A stretch of DNA of 64,000 bases from positions 39,370,001-39,434,000 of the forward strand of contig OZ024754.1 in NCBI GenBank assembly GCA_964016885.1. The letters run 5' to 3'. Positions 1 to 12,560 of the stretch are shown in pieces. Source of the stretch: Eledone cirrhosa. Lineage: Eukaryota. Position numbers and translations under genes: made by a program. Position 1 is the first letter of the stretch; the number at the start of each line of letters is the position of its first letter. The notes beneath the pieces are model-generated. The model made no database searches. It had not been told where the DNA came from and was given only the letters and a program-made list of their open reading frames with translations.

Positions 1-356
1 CCTTCTATATATATATATAAAACATATATATATAATTCCTTATATATATATATAAAACATATATATATAATTCCTTATATATATATAAAAAACATATATA
101 TATAATTCCTTCTATATATATATAAAACATATATATATATAATTCCTTCTATATATATATATATAAAACATATATATATATAATTCCTTCTATATATATA
201 TAAAACATATATATATATAATTCCTTCTATATATATAAAACATATATATATATAATTCCTTCTATATATATATATAAAACATATATATATATAATTCCTT
301 CTATATATATAAAACATATATATATATAATTCCTTCTATATATATATAAAACATAT

Positions 357-804
357 TCTTCATTGCTGTAGTGGAGTCTGTGCTGCTGTATGGGTCTGAG
401 ACTTGGACACTGACCAAGACACTCACTCAGATGGTGGATGGGTGCTACACGAGAATGCTGAGGATGGCTCTGAACATTAATCAGTATACACTGAGGATGA
501 AAAACTCAGAGCTGTATGGGAGACTCCCAAAAGTCAGCTCAAAAGTGACACAGAGGAGACTGAGGTTGGCTGGACATGCTCACCGACATCCAGAGTTGAC
601 ATTGCACTCAGTTCTCCTTTGGGAGCCCCTACATGGACACAGTAGAAGGGGAAGACCAAGGTTAACATATGTTGATGCCCTAAGGACAGACACTGGTCTG
701 TTGGAGATGCAGGATATGGCAGCGATAATGAGGGACAGAGACCGCTGGAGAGAACTCGTCCATGGATCTCGGGAATTTTACCCGCCTTAGATAGATAGAT
801 AGAT
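357..804 (+). mobile_element. 5'-truncated RTE-type LINE 3' end with (AGAT)n tail
   Basis: Uninterrupted frame ESVLLYGSETWTLT...LRLAGHAHR...LLWEP..G.SRRGRP.LTY...RDRWR, typical of the C-terminus after the RT domain in RTE-clade elements; stop at 790 followed by a tandem tail. Confidence 0.85.
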
Positions 805-1256
805 ATATATATAATTCCTTCTATATATATATATAAAACATATATATATATAATTCCTTATATATATATATAAAACATGTATATATATAATTCCTTCTAT
901 ATATATATATAAAACATATATATATATAATTCCTTATATATATATATAAAACATGTATATATATAATTCCTTCTATATATATATATAAAACATATATATA
1001 TAATTCCTTATATATATATATATATATAAAACATATATATATATAATTCCTTCTATATATATATATATATAAAACATATATATATATAATTCCTTCTATA
1101 TATATATATAAAACATATATATATAATTCCTTCTATATATATATAAAACATATATATATATAATTCCTTCTATATATATATAAAACATATATATATATAA
1201 TTCCTTCTATATATATATAAAACATGTATATATATAATTTCTTATATATATATATA

Positions 1257-1633
1257 TCGTGACACACGACCGTGACTTCTGGCGTCACGCAGTAATACAG
1301 GGTACCCGACCTCCCATGGGTACATGCTGAAGCATATAAACAATATGCCCCCACTCCCCCCACCGCAAGGTGGTCGTGGAGGTGCCACGGCAAAAAAGCA
1401 CCCAGCCCACACTGGAAAGTGGACGTGTAGGCGCCACGAAAAAGCACCCAGCACTCACTGTAAATGAGGTTGGTGTTAGGAAGGGCATCCAGCTGTAGAA
1501 ATCAAGCCAGATCAGTTCCTGTATGAGCAAGGCATGGTCAGCCGACCAGACACTGCCCACAACAGGACAACCCGTCTAACCCATGCTAGCGTGGAAGAAC
1601 GGACGTAAAACGGTGATGATGATGATGATGATG
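1257..1633 (+). mobile_element. SINE family A copy (no tRNA head; two 48-bp modules; (GAT)n tail)
   Basis: Shares AAAAAGCACCCAGCACTCACTGTAAATGAGGTTGGTGTTAGGAAGGGCATCCAGCTGTAGAAA and the GGACGTAAAA..(GAT)n end with many copies in the window. Confidence 0.85.
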
Positions 1634-2204
1634 ATATATATAAAACATATATATATAATTCCTTATATATATATATAAAACATATATATATAATTCCTTC
1701 TATATATATATAAAACATATATATATAATTCCTTATATATATATATAAAACATATATATATAATTCCTTATATATATATATAAAACATATATATATAATT
1801 CCTTATATATATATATAAAACATATATATATAATTCCTTATATATATATATATATAAAACATATATATATATAATTCCTTATATATATATATATATATAT
1901 AATTCCTTATATATATATATAAAACATATATATATAAACAGTCGATCGACTTTTTGTCAATTGGGACCAAGGAAACAATGTTTCCATTGGTCTTTCCAAT
2001 TACGCACACACACACACAAATACACACATATACACATATATATATATATATATACACAAGTACACACACACAGACACACATATATATATAAATATATCAT
2101 CATCATCACCGTTTTACGTCCATTCTTCCATGCTAGCATGGGTTTGACAGGTTGTCCTGTTGTGGGTAATGCTAGGTCAGGTGACCATGTCTTGCTCATA
2201 TGGT

Positions 2205-2236
<32 letters not shown>

Positions 2237-2383
2237 TAGCAACACACACATATATACATATATTTATATGCATACACATATATATACATATATGCACACA
2301 CTCGTATACGCATATATATATATATACATACACACACATGTTTATATACAAATACCGGGAAAGTAGATGTTAAACGATGATAC

Positions 2384-2414
<31 letters not shown>

Positions 2415-2745
2415 TAGGAGTTGAAAGAACTCTTCAGCCACTTCTCTAGTGCTGGCACCACGATAAAATACACCCAGTACACTCTGTAGTTAACATTAGG
2501 AAAAACATCCAGCTCTCGTAACCATGTAAACAATGGAATATACGGAGTGAGACATGCCCCCATCTCTAACCTGCTAAGAGCACAGTAGCTCCGATTAAGT
2601 ACTGACCGGTTCTGTACTGACATGTCCAATACTTCTTAACTGGGTCCTCCTGGATTATGGGGCCCTAGGCTGCAACCCACCCCACATAGTCCATATGTAA
2701 ATCCAGAACTGGTTGCCTTCATTCAGATTGAAAGTTCATAGTTAA

Positions 2746-3247
2746 CCCTTTAGCATTTAAACCGGCCAGAACGCTCTCACCCCTTTCTGTTCAAACTGGT
2801 TGTAATCGGCCTCTCATACTTATGTTAAGGTATTGTTCTAAAAATAAATAATATCAAACTCTCATGGCTTCGGTACTATGTGAGATAATTATGTGAAACT
2901 AGCAGAGTGGCCCGGCGTTGCTCGGGATTTGCTCTGGGGTTCTTATATATTTGATATATATTTGTCTTTATCGAGCCTCGTGAAATAAATACGCTTGTTT
3001 ATATTTTGTTATTGTGTATGCAAAAATATCTGTACACGAATATATAATTATATATATATATATAAGTATGTATACGTACATACATATATGTATACAGACG
3101 TACAGTAGTATGTATATATATATATATACATACATATATATATGTATGTACGTATGGATTTACTGAACATTTATTATAATGTTCGGTTTGTTTGTAAACA
3201 AACATCCCGAATTTCGTTTCATCCTGAAATTTCGTTTCATTTTTTCC

Positions 3248-3296
<49 letters not shown>

Positions 3297-3422
3297 TAAA
3301 AGATTAAAATAACAGATTAAAGTTTAAGCAAAGAATCGCTGCTTTCACCCTTAACGGGATCTACTGAAACAAAAAAAAATCAATCTGTGAACGCAGAAGT
3401 AAATATTTCGAAAAACGTTACA

Positions 3423-3465
<43 letters not shown>

Positions 3466-3789
3466 CATACATACACACACACTATATATACATATATACA
3501 CACACACATATAGCGTCATAATGTCGTAATGCAGACAGCCAGATATTATAAGAGCGGGACGTTATATCTATGTATCTATCTAAAAAGAAAGACTAAGAAT
3601 TATAGAGAGAGATCGCTAAATCACCTAATGCGGTCCCTAGAGCATAAGTATTACATGTGTAAAGTTTGAAAACAATCGGTTGGGTGGTTCTCGAGTTTTA
3701 GGGAGTCAGACAGACAGACATTCTCTGTTTTAGATATATAGATAAAGTGTTTACAATAGTAAATATAGAGTAATTTAAATGTTAAAGGG
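2746..3789. mobile_element. piggyBac-type MITE (TIR CCCTTTAGCATT, TTAA TSD) split by a Helitron
   Basis: TTAA at 2742-2745 and 3790-3793; both halves match intact copies of about 200-220 bp at 32565 and 52125. Confidence 0.85.
2899..3742 (-). mobile_element. Non-autonomous Helitron-like element
   Basis: Minus strand starts TC and ends with hairpin CCCGAGCAACGCCGGG followed by CTAG; inserted between A and T with no TSD; (GTCT)n near the 5' end. Confidence 0.8.
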
Positions 3790-3830
3790 TTAAACAAACA
3801 GCTCAGCTGTGACTTACTAATTGAAATAAT

Positions 3831-4017
3831 TGTTTCTACTATTGGCACAAGGCCAGCAATTACCCAGTACATTACTGGTACTTTATTTTATCGACCTCGT
3901 AAGGATGAAAGGCAAAGTTAACCTTGGCGGGATTTGAACTCAGAATGGCAAGGGCCGTAACTCTATGCGTCAAAGCATGGCGTCCGATCCTCTACCGATA
4001 CTGCCAATCCACCGCCC
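3831..4017 (-). mobile_element. SINE family B (tRNA-derived head; core GCCTTTCATCCTT..GGTCGATAAAATAAAGTACCAG)
   Basis: A box TGGCAGTATCGG and B box GAGTTCAAATCC on the minus strand; direct repeat TAATTGAAATAAT at 3818-3830 and 4018-4030; a second copy follows at about 4082-4270. Confidence 0.88.
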
Positions 4018-5289
4018 TAATTGAAATAATGTTATTGGTGGAGCTGAGAAGAATGTGTACTATGTAGGTACAGTGTGTGTAAATAATTGTTTCTATGTTT
4101 GGCACAAGGCCAGCAATTATCTCAGTGTATTACTGGTGCTTTATTCTATTGACCTCATAAGAATGAAAGGCAAAGTTAATCTCGACGGGATATGAAGTCA
4201 GAACATAAAGAGCTATAACTCTAACCTGCAAAGCACAGTGCCTGACGCTCTACCGATACTGCCAATCCACGTTATGTAAATAATAAGATCTAAGCTAAGG
4301 ATTGTTATTAATCTTAGTTTCAATGTTTGGAAGCAATGAACTGTCACTCTGCATAATACATTTTAAAGACTGTGGTCTGATGTGTCTTTGAGATGGACAC
4401 ATTACAACACCAGAGATCATACAACGCTGTGAAAAGATGATGTTTTATATGCCAGTAAAAGTACAACTGATCTATGAATGAATTTTACATAAGTTATAAT
4501 CTGATTCAGTCAGATGGCAGTACAGGACTGACTGAGGGACCTGTGTTGTCTAGTCTGTGCTACCAGGGTGGTCAAATCAAAAGCTGCTTTGACCAGATGT
4601 TGGTACAGGACTGACTGAAGGACTTGTGAATGGGGAGAAATAAACCAGTCTATGGAACAGCACCTTGTTATCCAACCAACACTTAAAGCTCAAAAGACCT
4701 TGTGGACTTCAATGAAAATACAAAAAGCTGGGTGGGGAAGTGGAAAGATATCATTTGAGCCAGCCTCATGCTTACTTTGAAGAAACGGCAAGAAGAAGAA
4801 GTTACCAATGATTAAACAAATGAAACAGAGATAGAAATGGTAGACTTGCTACATCAGGAAGTGCACCTACCAAGTTGAAGATCACCATGATTCAAAGACA
4901 CATCTGTCAATGCCACAGAAGCTGGAATTTGTATGCACACATGAAACTGTGTATCGTTTACACACTACATACATATATATGTGTGTATGTGTGTGTGTGC
5001 GCGCAAAAGGTAAGTGGAAACAACAAATAACACGGTACAATAAATCAATAAAATAATAATAATAATAATGAAATTATTGTGTACAGTGCTCAGGTGCACT
5101 ACAACTCATCAAAAGTGCATGTATAGTACATAGAATAATATACAAATGTCAGGGAAGTGAATAGTGAATGAGTCATGATATACATGTGTGCGTGTGTATG
5201 GAGGGGGAATATTAGGTGTGGTGTTGGCGAATCTCAGGAAGCATGGAGGTTTTATATCAGTTTAACGCTCGATATAGTAGGGAAAGATA

Positions 5290-5323
5290 CTTTACGTTTC
5301 GGACACTAGTCCTTCATCAGAAG
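5290..5323 (-). ncRNA. Minimal Penelope-type hammerhead motif
   Basis: Minus strand: CTT-CTGATGA-A-GGAC TAGT GTCC-GAAAC GTA-AAG (3-bp stem I, 4-bp stem II, palindromic ACGT in place of stem III). Confidence 0.55.
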
Positions 5324-5417
5324 ATAGACTGAGATATAACAGATGAAACAGAAAGATAGTGTGGTAAGTGGAAGGAACAGAAAAAATATTTTAGAGAAAA
5401 AGCACGTGTATACATAC

Positions 5418-5500
<83 letters not shown>

Positions 5501-5737
5501 GGAACATACAAGCACCTATATACACACGTGTGCATGTGTAAGCTTACATATTGAGAGACTAAGACAGGAGAGAGAGAAAGACGAATAAAGAGACGGGCAT
5601 AGCAACAACACAAGGCTGCTTGTGTTGTTTTCAATGAAAATACTTCGCTTTAAATAGAAGTACATTTACGTGTGAGTACATTATGTATACCATGTCGACA
5701 CAAGTATGTGTGTGTGTGTGTATGTATATATATATAT

Positions 5738-5865
5738 ATATTTAATGTAGAATGGCTTCTACAGGACTAGAACTGCTTCATTCTGGAGAAATCATCAGGG
5801 CTTCCTGATGATTTCTCCGGAATGAAACAGTTCTCGTCCTGTAGAAGCCTTTCTACATTAAATAT
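5738..5865. repeat. Fold-back hairpin element of about 128 bp whose right arm contains a hammerhead motif
   Basis: Arms ATATTTAATGTAGAA..GGCTTCTACAGGAC..TCATCAGG and CCTGATGA..GTCCTGTAGAAGCC..TTCTACATTAAATAT; related copies near 36066, 57954 and 62310. Confidence 0.85.
5799..5849 (+). ncRNA. Type I hammerhead ribozyme-like motif (GUA site)
   Basis: GGCTTC-CTGATGA-TTTC TCCG GAAT-GAAACAG ttctcgtc CTGTA-GAAGCC: 6-bp stem I, 4-bp stem III, short stem II opening with a U-U mismatch. Confidence 0.6.
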
Positions 5866-6065
5866 TTATACTCTGCTTTGTATTGAGTACCTTACTTACT
5901 GTGGTTACCCCCGATTGAACCCGAGATAAACATATATATATATAGTGAAAAATGGAACGGGAACAAAACAGAGAGGCAGTACAAACAAAGGTTTATTAGT
6001 TTCACGCTCTTGAGAGTGGGGGGTGCGGAACGACGTTTCGGGCATAAGCCCTTCTTCAGTGTATG

Positions 6066-6105
<40 letters not shown>

Positions 6106-7603
6106 TACACACACTCACACATATACACCTGCACATATGTGTCAGTTATCGATAAAATGACGAAAATTTTTACTTTCAAAATTCAAATGTTGGACATGAG
6201 AATTTAGTCATTAACGTTAATGATCATCACACATTCATCACCATCACCATCATCACACATTCATCACCATCACCATCATCACACATTCATCACCATCACC
6301 ATCATCACACATTCATCACCATCATCATCATCATCATCACACACACACACACATCGCCATCATCGTCATCACCGTCACAATCATCATCATCATCATATAT
6401 AGTATAGTTGATATCACTATAATTGTTTCTACTTTTGGCTCAAGGCCAGCAATGCTGGGCCATAGGTATCAATGTCAACGCGTACGCCATCTCACGGAAC
6501 AGTTTTAAATAATTAAGTAGGTAGTTACATTGATGTGGCTTGTTGTTTTTGTTATTTAGTCTAAAAACGATTGATGAATAAATAATAGTGCTATAGCCAA
6601 TTAGGTTGTAGACGTCAATCTACTCCAGTACTTGGTTCATTCAGTGACTAAGTCATCTATCGCAGTTGTTTGTTGTTGCACCAACACAATAATATCAGTA
6701 ATGTTTGGAAATCACTTTATTTATTTCCTTACAATTGTTTATTTAGAAGAAGAAGAAGATGAAGAAGAAGGAGATGAAGGAGAAGAAGAAGAAGAAGAAG
6801 AAGAAGAAGAAGAAGAAGAAGAAGAAGAAGAAGAAGAAGAAGAAAAATAATGATTTCTTTATTTATTTAAATAAAGAAAGAAATCATTATTTTTTCTTCT
6901 TCTTCTTCTTCTTCTTCTCCTCCTCCATCAAAATAAACAATTGTAAGGAAATAAATAAAGAGAAAAAAATAATAAGACATAAAACGACCATTTTTCCCCC
7001 CGCCCTTAACGTCTGATAGACACGATAAACAATTCTATCATCATTGATACTAAATGACTCTCCAAAATAAACATAAATTGATGTTGAACTAATTACACTA
7101 TAAATATACTATTCAATAAGGAGAACAAAGACAACATTCACAAAGAATTACTTATATATTATCGATAGATTTAGGGGGGGGGGGGCTGATTCACATTTTT
7201 CTCAAAAGACGTAACGAGGTTTGTAAAACAGTTAATTAACTAATATAACAGAATATTTACAAACATTATTCTCTTTTCTTGATTATAATCGACCTCAGTG
7301 CATTACTGGTGCCTTATTTTATCGCCCCCCCCCCCCCCCCAAGGATAAAAAGCCGAGGTTAGCTTTGCCTTGCATCCTTAAGGAGTCGATAAAATAAAGC
7401 ACCAGTAATGCACTGGTTTGATTTAATCGACTTCCCCCCCAAAAGTGCAGGCTTTGTGCCTAAAATAGAAACAATTATATAATATATATATATATACCCA
7501 TATACATATATATACATTAAATATTTAGCTCTGTAACTTACATAGAGCACTCTTCATTCCTCTGACTTTATCAATTTTCAACGGAAACTTCAATACTTAT
7601 ATA

Positions 7604-7645
<42 letters not shown>

Positions 7646-8221
7646 CACACACACACACACATGTACATACATATATACATGTACATTCATATATTCATAC
7701 ATACACACATATATAAGCATACATACACACAAATATACGTATACTCACACATTATATATATATATGTGTATTTGTATTAGGGGTACGGTTGTGTTTCGGT
7801 AGAGGGTGAAATGAAAACAATATGGACAAGATCGATAAATCAAGACAGGACACAGAATTAAAACAAGGAATCTGTTCATATTCCAGCTGGTGTGTGGCTT
7901 TAACATTTAACTTCACCATTCTGCCTTTCATACTTCCTTCCGATGTTGATTAAATAAAGTACTAGTTAAATACTGGGCCTCGCTCCTTCTTCTTCCTCCT
8001 CTCTCCCTAATGTGTGGTGTCACCGAAGACTGGGGTTTTAGATCTGTTTCTGTCACATTAGATAACTGCCTACTAAACCCAACAGGCCTTCCTTTCGTTT
8101 GTATATAATTTCTAGTGAGAGTAACACAAAAGGACGATATGAGATGTCAATCGTCACGGCTGATCAGAATATGTATGTGTGTGTACGTATATTATATATA
8201 TATATATATATATATACATAT

Positions 8222-8446
8222 CAGACCTACCAACCCCTCTAAAAACCCAAACTGGGAGCACCATGAAAATTAAGTGCCCTAAAACTGGGAGCACCATGAA
8301 AATGAAGTGCCCTAAAACGGGGAGAAATGAGGCAAAATGGGGAGATTTTACAAAATGAAAGCTATACCAATTTTCACAAGACATCTCTCACCCATTCCAA
8401 AGTGGTGGGAGATCTGCTCGTCCGATGAGGAGAGATGACAGGTCTG
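8222..8446. mobile_element. Putative hAT-type MITE
   Basis: Imperfect TIRs CAGACCTACCAAC / GATGACAGGTCTG; internal 33-bp duplications; TSD imperfect. Confidence 0.5.
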
Positions 8447-8453
8447 ATATATA

Positions 8454-8553
8454 CAGAATGTCCCCCCCAAAATGTATACACACTTTGATTACCTGAACAG
8501 GCAATATTTATTGGAATGCTGTTGAAGTGTGTATACATTTTTGGGACACCCTG
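8454..8553. mobile_element. Tc1/mariner-type MITE (second copy at 35946-36023)
   Basis: TIR CAG(G)GTGTCCC..AAAATGTATACACACTT at both ends with TA flanks. Confidence 0.7.
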
Positions 8554-8740
8554 TATATAGTTGAATTGGCTGTATATATATATATAAATATATACAGAGG
8601 GAGAAATGGTGTGTAAATTAAATTGTGTGATGAATATATCAATATTAAGAACCATCTAGTGAAGTTGTGTGGGTGTATGTGTGAAGTGATGCTGCCAATT
8701 TCGTGTTTATTATAGATTTGTACGCGTGTGTGTGTATGTG

Positions 8741-8788
<48 letters not shown>

Positions 8789-9050
8789 AATAACAGAGGC
8801 TGGACTGGTGTAATTCCTTAAAAGGGTTATTATACTATGATCATTTCAATGACCGGGTTCAGTATGAACAAACCTAAATAAATATATATATGCCCACACT
8901 CATTAACTGAGGCGTGTTTGACACCTCGCACTTGCAATATCTCTTTTCATATTCTGGTCTTTTTTGTTTAACCTTACGTGGTTTAACTGTAATTAAATAC
9001 AAGTTTGGTAAAAATTAATATTTAGGTGTTCTTGTCAGGAATGTGACTCG

Positions 9051-9226
9051 ATCACAACCAACACCCTATCCTTTAGTAAGGCCACATGATAATTATATAA
9101 CATCTATCTATCTATTTGTGTTATATATATAATGTGTTATATATATAATTATATAACATATCTATCTATATATGTGTTATATAATTATTATGTGGTCTTA
9201 CTATAGGATAAGGAATTGGATTTGAT
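9051..9226. repeat. Diverged inverted repeat around a TA-rich spacer
   Basis: CCTATCCTTTAGTAAGGCCACATGATAATTATATAACA versus the reverse complement of TGTTATATAATTATTATGTGGTCTTACTATAGGATAAGG. Confidence 0.75.
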
Positions 9227-9231
9227 CGGAA

Positions 9232-9922
9232 GAAATTACTAACGCTTTGGGCAAATCTCTTTAAACCACGAACGGTCCACACACATCAGCTCTACTTTAC
9301 TGAAATTCTAAAGATTATATTTAAGTAACTTATATGAAGTTTCGTTTGTTGATAATGTTGATATTGTTTTATAACTATTAAATGTTGTGAGACTAATCGA
9401 GGCAATATTGTGCTGAATTAACAGTATTCTAGCTCCATCCTAGCTTCCACGTCTAAATTTAACTGGAGGGCAATTTTAGTTTCATTCTTTTCGACGCGAT
9501 AAAAATAAATGCTAAATATATTGGTGTTGATATCTTTAAAAATATTTGGCCAGGTGTTTTATATATGGTATCAATGATCATATAATGAGTTATTTCGATA
9601 AAACACCTGGCAAAATATTTTAAAGAGGAGATCAACACCAATATATTTAGCATTTATTTTATCGCGTCGAAAAGAATGAAATTAAAATTGCCCTCCAGTT
9701 AAATTTAGACGTGGAAGCTAGGATGGAGCTAGAATACTGTTAATTCAGCACAATATTGCCTCGATTAGTCTCACAACATTTAATAGTTATAAAATAATAT
9801 CAACAAACGAAACTTCATATAAGTTACTTAAATATAATCTTTAGAATTTCAGTAAAGTAGAGCTGATGTGTGCGTGAACCGTTCATGATTTAAAGAGATT
9901 TTCCCAAAACGTTAGTAATTTT
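9232..9922. repeat. Large near-perfect palindrome (arms about 330 bp, spacer about 35 bp)
   Basis: About 9233-9562 is the reverse complement of about 9598-9921 with few differences; ATCGGAA lies directly outside both ends. Confidence 0.92.
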
Positions 9923-10530
9923 TATCGGAACATGCTTCAGATTTAAAGCCTAAAAGCTTTAAATTCTAAATTTACAAATAAATTTGTCGATTATTGATAC
10001 AATAGATCTGAACTGAATAAAAAGCCGGTCTCCAAGAAACAGTGATCTTATAAATACGAGTCTACGAGTCTAGTTTGAGTTAAGTTAATAAATATTTGCT
10101 GAAAATCTACGATTAAGAAGGAACCTTATAAGAAGTTGGATGTCGACCATACAACAAATAGAAGTTTAACTTGGGAATCACAAACAATGGATAGTAATTT
10201 AATGATTAAATAAATACATTAGTGACTGGACTCTACACAAAATAGCTACATTTTTATCGAATAGCTGACTGGTTATATAATTGTTTCATCAGATTAGAAA
10301 ATGCACTTTAATTGATTGTAACTGCGATGTTGACAGGTTGAGAGGTGAATGTTTAAGTTTGCAAGGATGGAGGTGATTGCATATATATATATATATATAG
10401 TAATAAACGAAATATATATACTTTATATCATCTCTATTTATTTTATTATATATATTTCGAAGATGCAAAGTTTTATATATATAGAAATGGCTTCTACAGG
10501 ACTAGAACTGTTTCATTCAATATATATATA

Positions 10531-10927
10531 TATAATCAGAATTTAAAGGAAAAGAATCAAGTTACACTTATTAAATACATTTATTCATTTACAGTGTGTG
10601 TAATAATTAGTGCGTATATGTGTGAGATAATTGGCGTGTAAAATACTTAGTGTGTATATTATATGTGAATATTTGGTGCATATGTGTGTTAAGTACTTAT
10701 TGTATTTATGTGTGAATAATAATTTCATTATTATTATATTATAATCAGAATTTAAAGGAAAAGAATCAAGTTACACTTATTAAATACATTTATTCATTTA
10801 CAGTGTGTGTAATAATTAGTGCGTATATGTGTGAGATAATTGGCGTGTAAAATACTTAGTGTGTATATTATATGCGAATATTTGGTGCATATGTGTGTTA
10901 AGTACTTATTGTATTTATGTGTGAATA
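10531..10927. repeat. Near-identical direct duplication of about 188 bp
   Basis: 10531-10718 is repeated at 10740-10927. Confidence 0.9.
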
Positions 10928-12092
10928 TCTAGTGCATTTGTGTAAAATACTTGATGTGTATATATATATATATATATTGTGGGAGAGAGAAAATAGTTGA
11001 ATATACTTGTGCGTGAGAGTAGGGATGTGATCAACTTAGAGTATATGTCTTGTGAAAGGGATACAAATCTAACAATAACCATTAGATTCTATAAAGGAAT
11101 AGATAATAGATTTGGAGAGGGGAAATAAAGGCGAGATAGAATAGCAGAGTGAATTGGAAGAGAAAGAGAGAGGCGACAGACGACTTGTATATGCTAACTT
11201 GGTATATAAATAGAAATGTGTATATTGATTATTTGTGTTTACATTAAATCTAAACGAGAATTAAAGGCATCGCACTGAGAGATGTTCATAATTCAACGAA
11301 AACACACCAAATAAAATAATTGTTTCTACTTTAGGCACAAGGCCAGCAATTACCAGTGCATTACTGGTACTTTATTTTATCGACCCCGTAAGGATGAAAG
11401 GCAAAATCAACCTCGGCGGGATTTGAACTTAGATCGTAATAAAATAATGTTATGAAAGTATATGTACGATTTAAAGTAATTTTAAAGTAGACAGTTGATT
11501 CAGATAAACAGACACAACTATATATATGAAAAATTTTTCATATTATCCACTCTACTACCCCAAGTATCGAGTACTTTAAGTATCAAGTATCGCCTCCATT
11601 CTGATATATATACATATATATATATGCATAGATTTATGTATATATATATATGCATAGATTTATGTATATATATATATGCGTGTGCGTGTGTATGTGTGTA
11701 AATATTTACTACACACAGAGAGAAAGCATGTATACAGATGTCTGTGTGACGTTCTCAGAACGAAGGGACAATGTTGCAAACATAAATAAACTGAAAGTAA
11801 GCATAATAAAATATCCATTATATTGACATAACAAATGTTAGAAAAGATAATTTTTTTTTTATACGTATGCATGTATATATAATAATTAAAAAGAAAGAAA
11901 GACAGAAGATAAAATAAACTAGGGGCTGATTGAGAGAAGACGTAACAAATGCTGTCTGCAGTGAAGGGAGGGGGGATAATTGGGTTCGAAGACGAAAAAC
12001 GAAACAAATTCCGAGTTTTATATATACATATATCTACACGCATAGATACATCTATTTATATATATATGTTTGTAGTTTATTTTCATACTGAC

Positions 12093-12560
12093 CCCATAAA
12101 CCAGTCCATAGTATCTCTGAGATAATCCGGTATCTTCTCCAGCTTGCTAGCCTATCTCTACAGGCCTGCTCCTCCTCGGTCAGGCCGACTACTGGCTACA
12201 TTAGTGGCGAAGATCTCACTACAGTCAAACACTGTTGTCCTACTCATACAACAATGGCAGCGGTAACACCAGCAGCAGCAGCAGCAGCAACAACCGTCTC
12301 CCCTTCCTCCCTCACTTGTTTAACTAATACGTGAGGAAGGGAAACAACTGAAAGTGGGAGGGGGAGAAAGAGAAAGCGGCTAGAGGTGCAGAGAACGAAA
12401 AGGAAAAAGAAATTAGTGGAGTGTGAGAAAGAGAAGAAAGCAGCAGAGAGATAGAGAAGACAAAAAGAGAGAGAGGAAACAGACAGAGAGAGAGAGGGAG
12501 AAATAAAGATAAGAAAGTGAGGCGAATGACGCAACTCCTCCCTTTTTTATCGATCACCAA
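12093..12560 (-). promoter_or_regulatory. Possible promoter and first exon of a second minus-strand gene (ATG GAC TGG TTT ATG GG|gtcagt at 12109-12093)
   Basis: Unique GC/CpG-richer island, (CTG)n leader, GA/CT-rich upstream tract, CRE-like TGACGCAA at 12527-12534 and a plausible donor; no matching downstream exon found. Confidence 0.3.

Larger units (their letters stand above)
1..1935. repeat. Compound micro/minisatellite (TAATTCCTTC(TA)nAAACA(TA)n) interrupted by a LINE fragment and a SINE
   Basis: Dozens of tandem units of about 35-40 bp with variable TA length, directly visible. Confidence 0.95.

Noticed and set aside
4320-4920. Exon of the putative 12.1-kb gene
   Set aside because: The acceptor-like site near 4416 gives an immediate stop in the required phase; the adjacent sequence looks like a decayed LINE end.
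6632-7016. Poly-Glu and poly-Lys ORFs (also the poly-His/Met/Ser ORFs at 38.8-40.2 and 53.2-54.3 kb)
   Set aside because: Translations of trinucleotide microsatellites.
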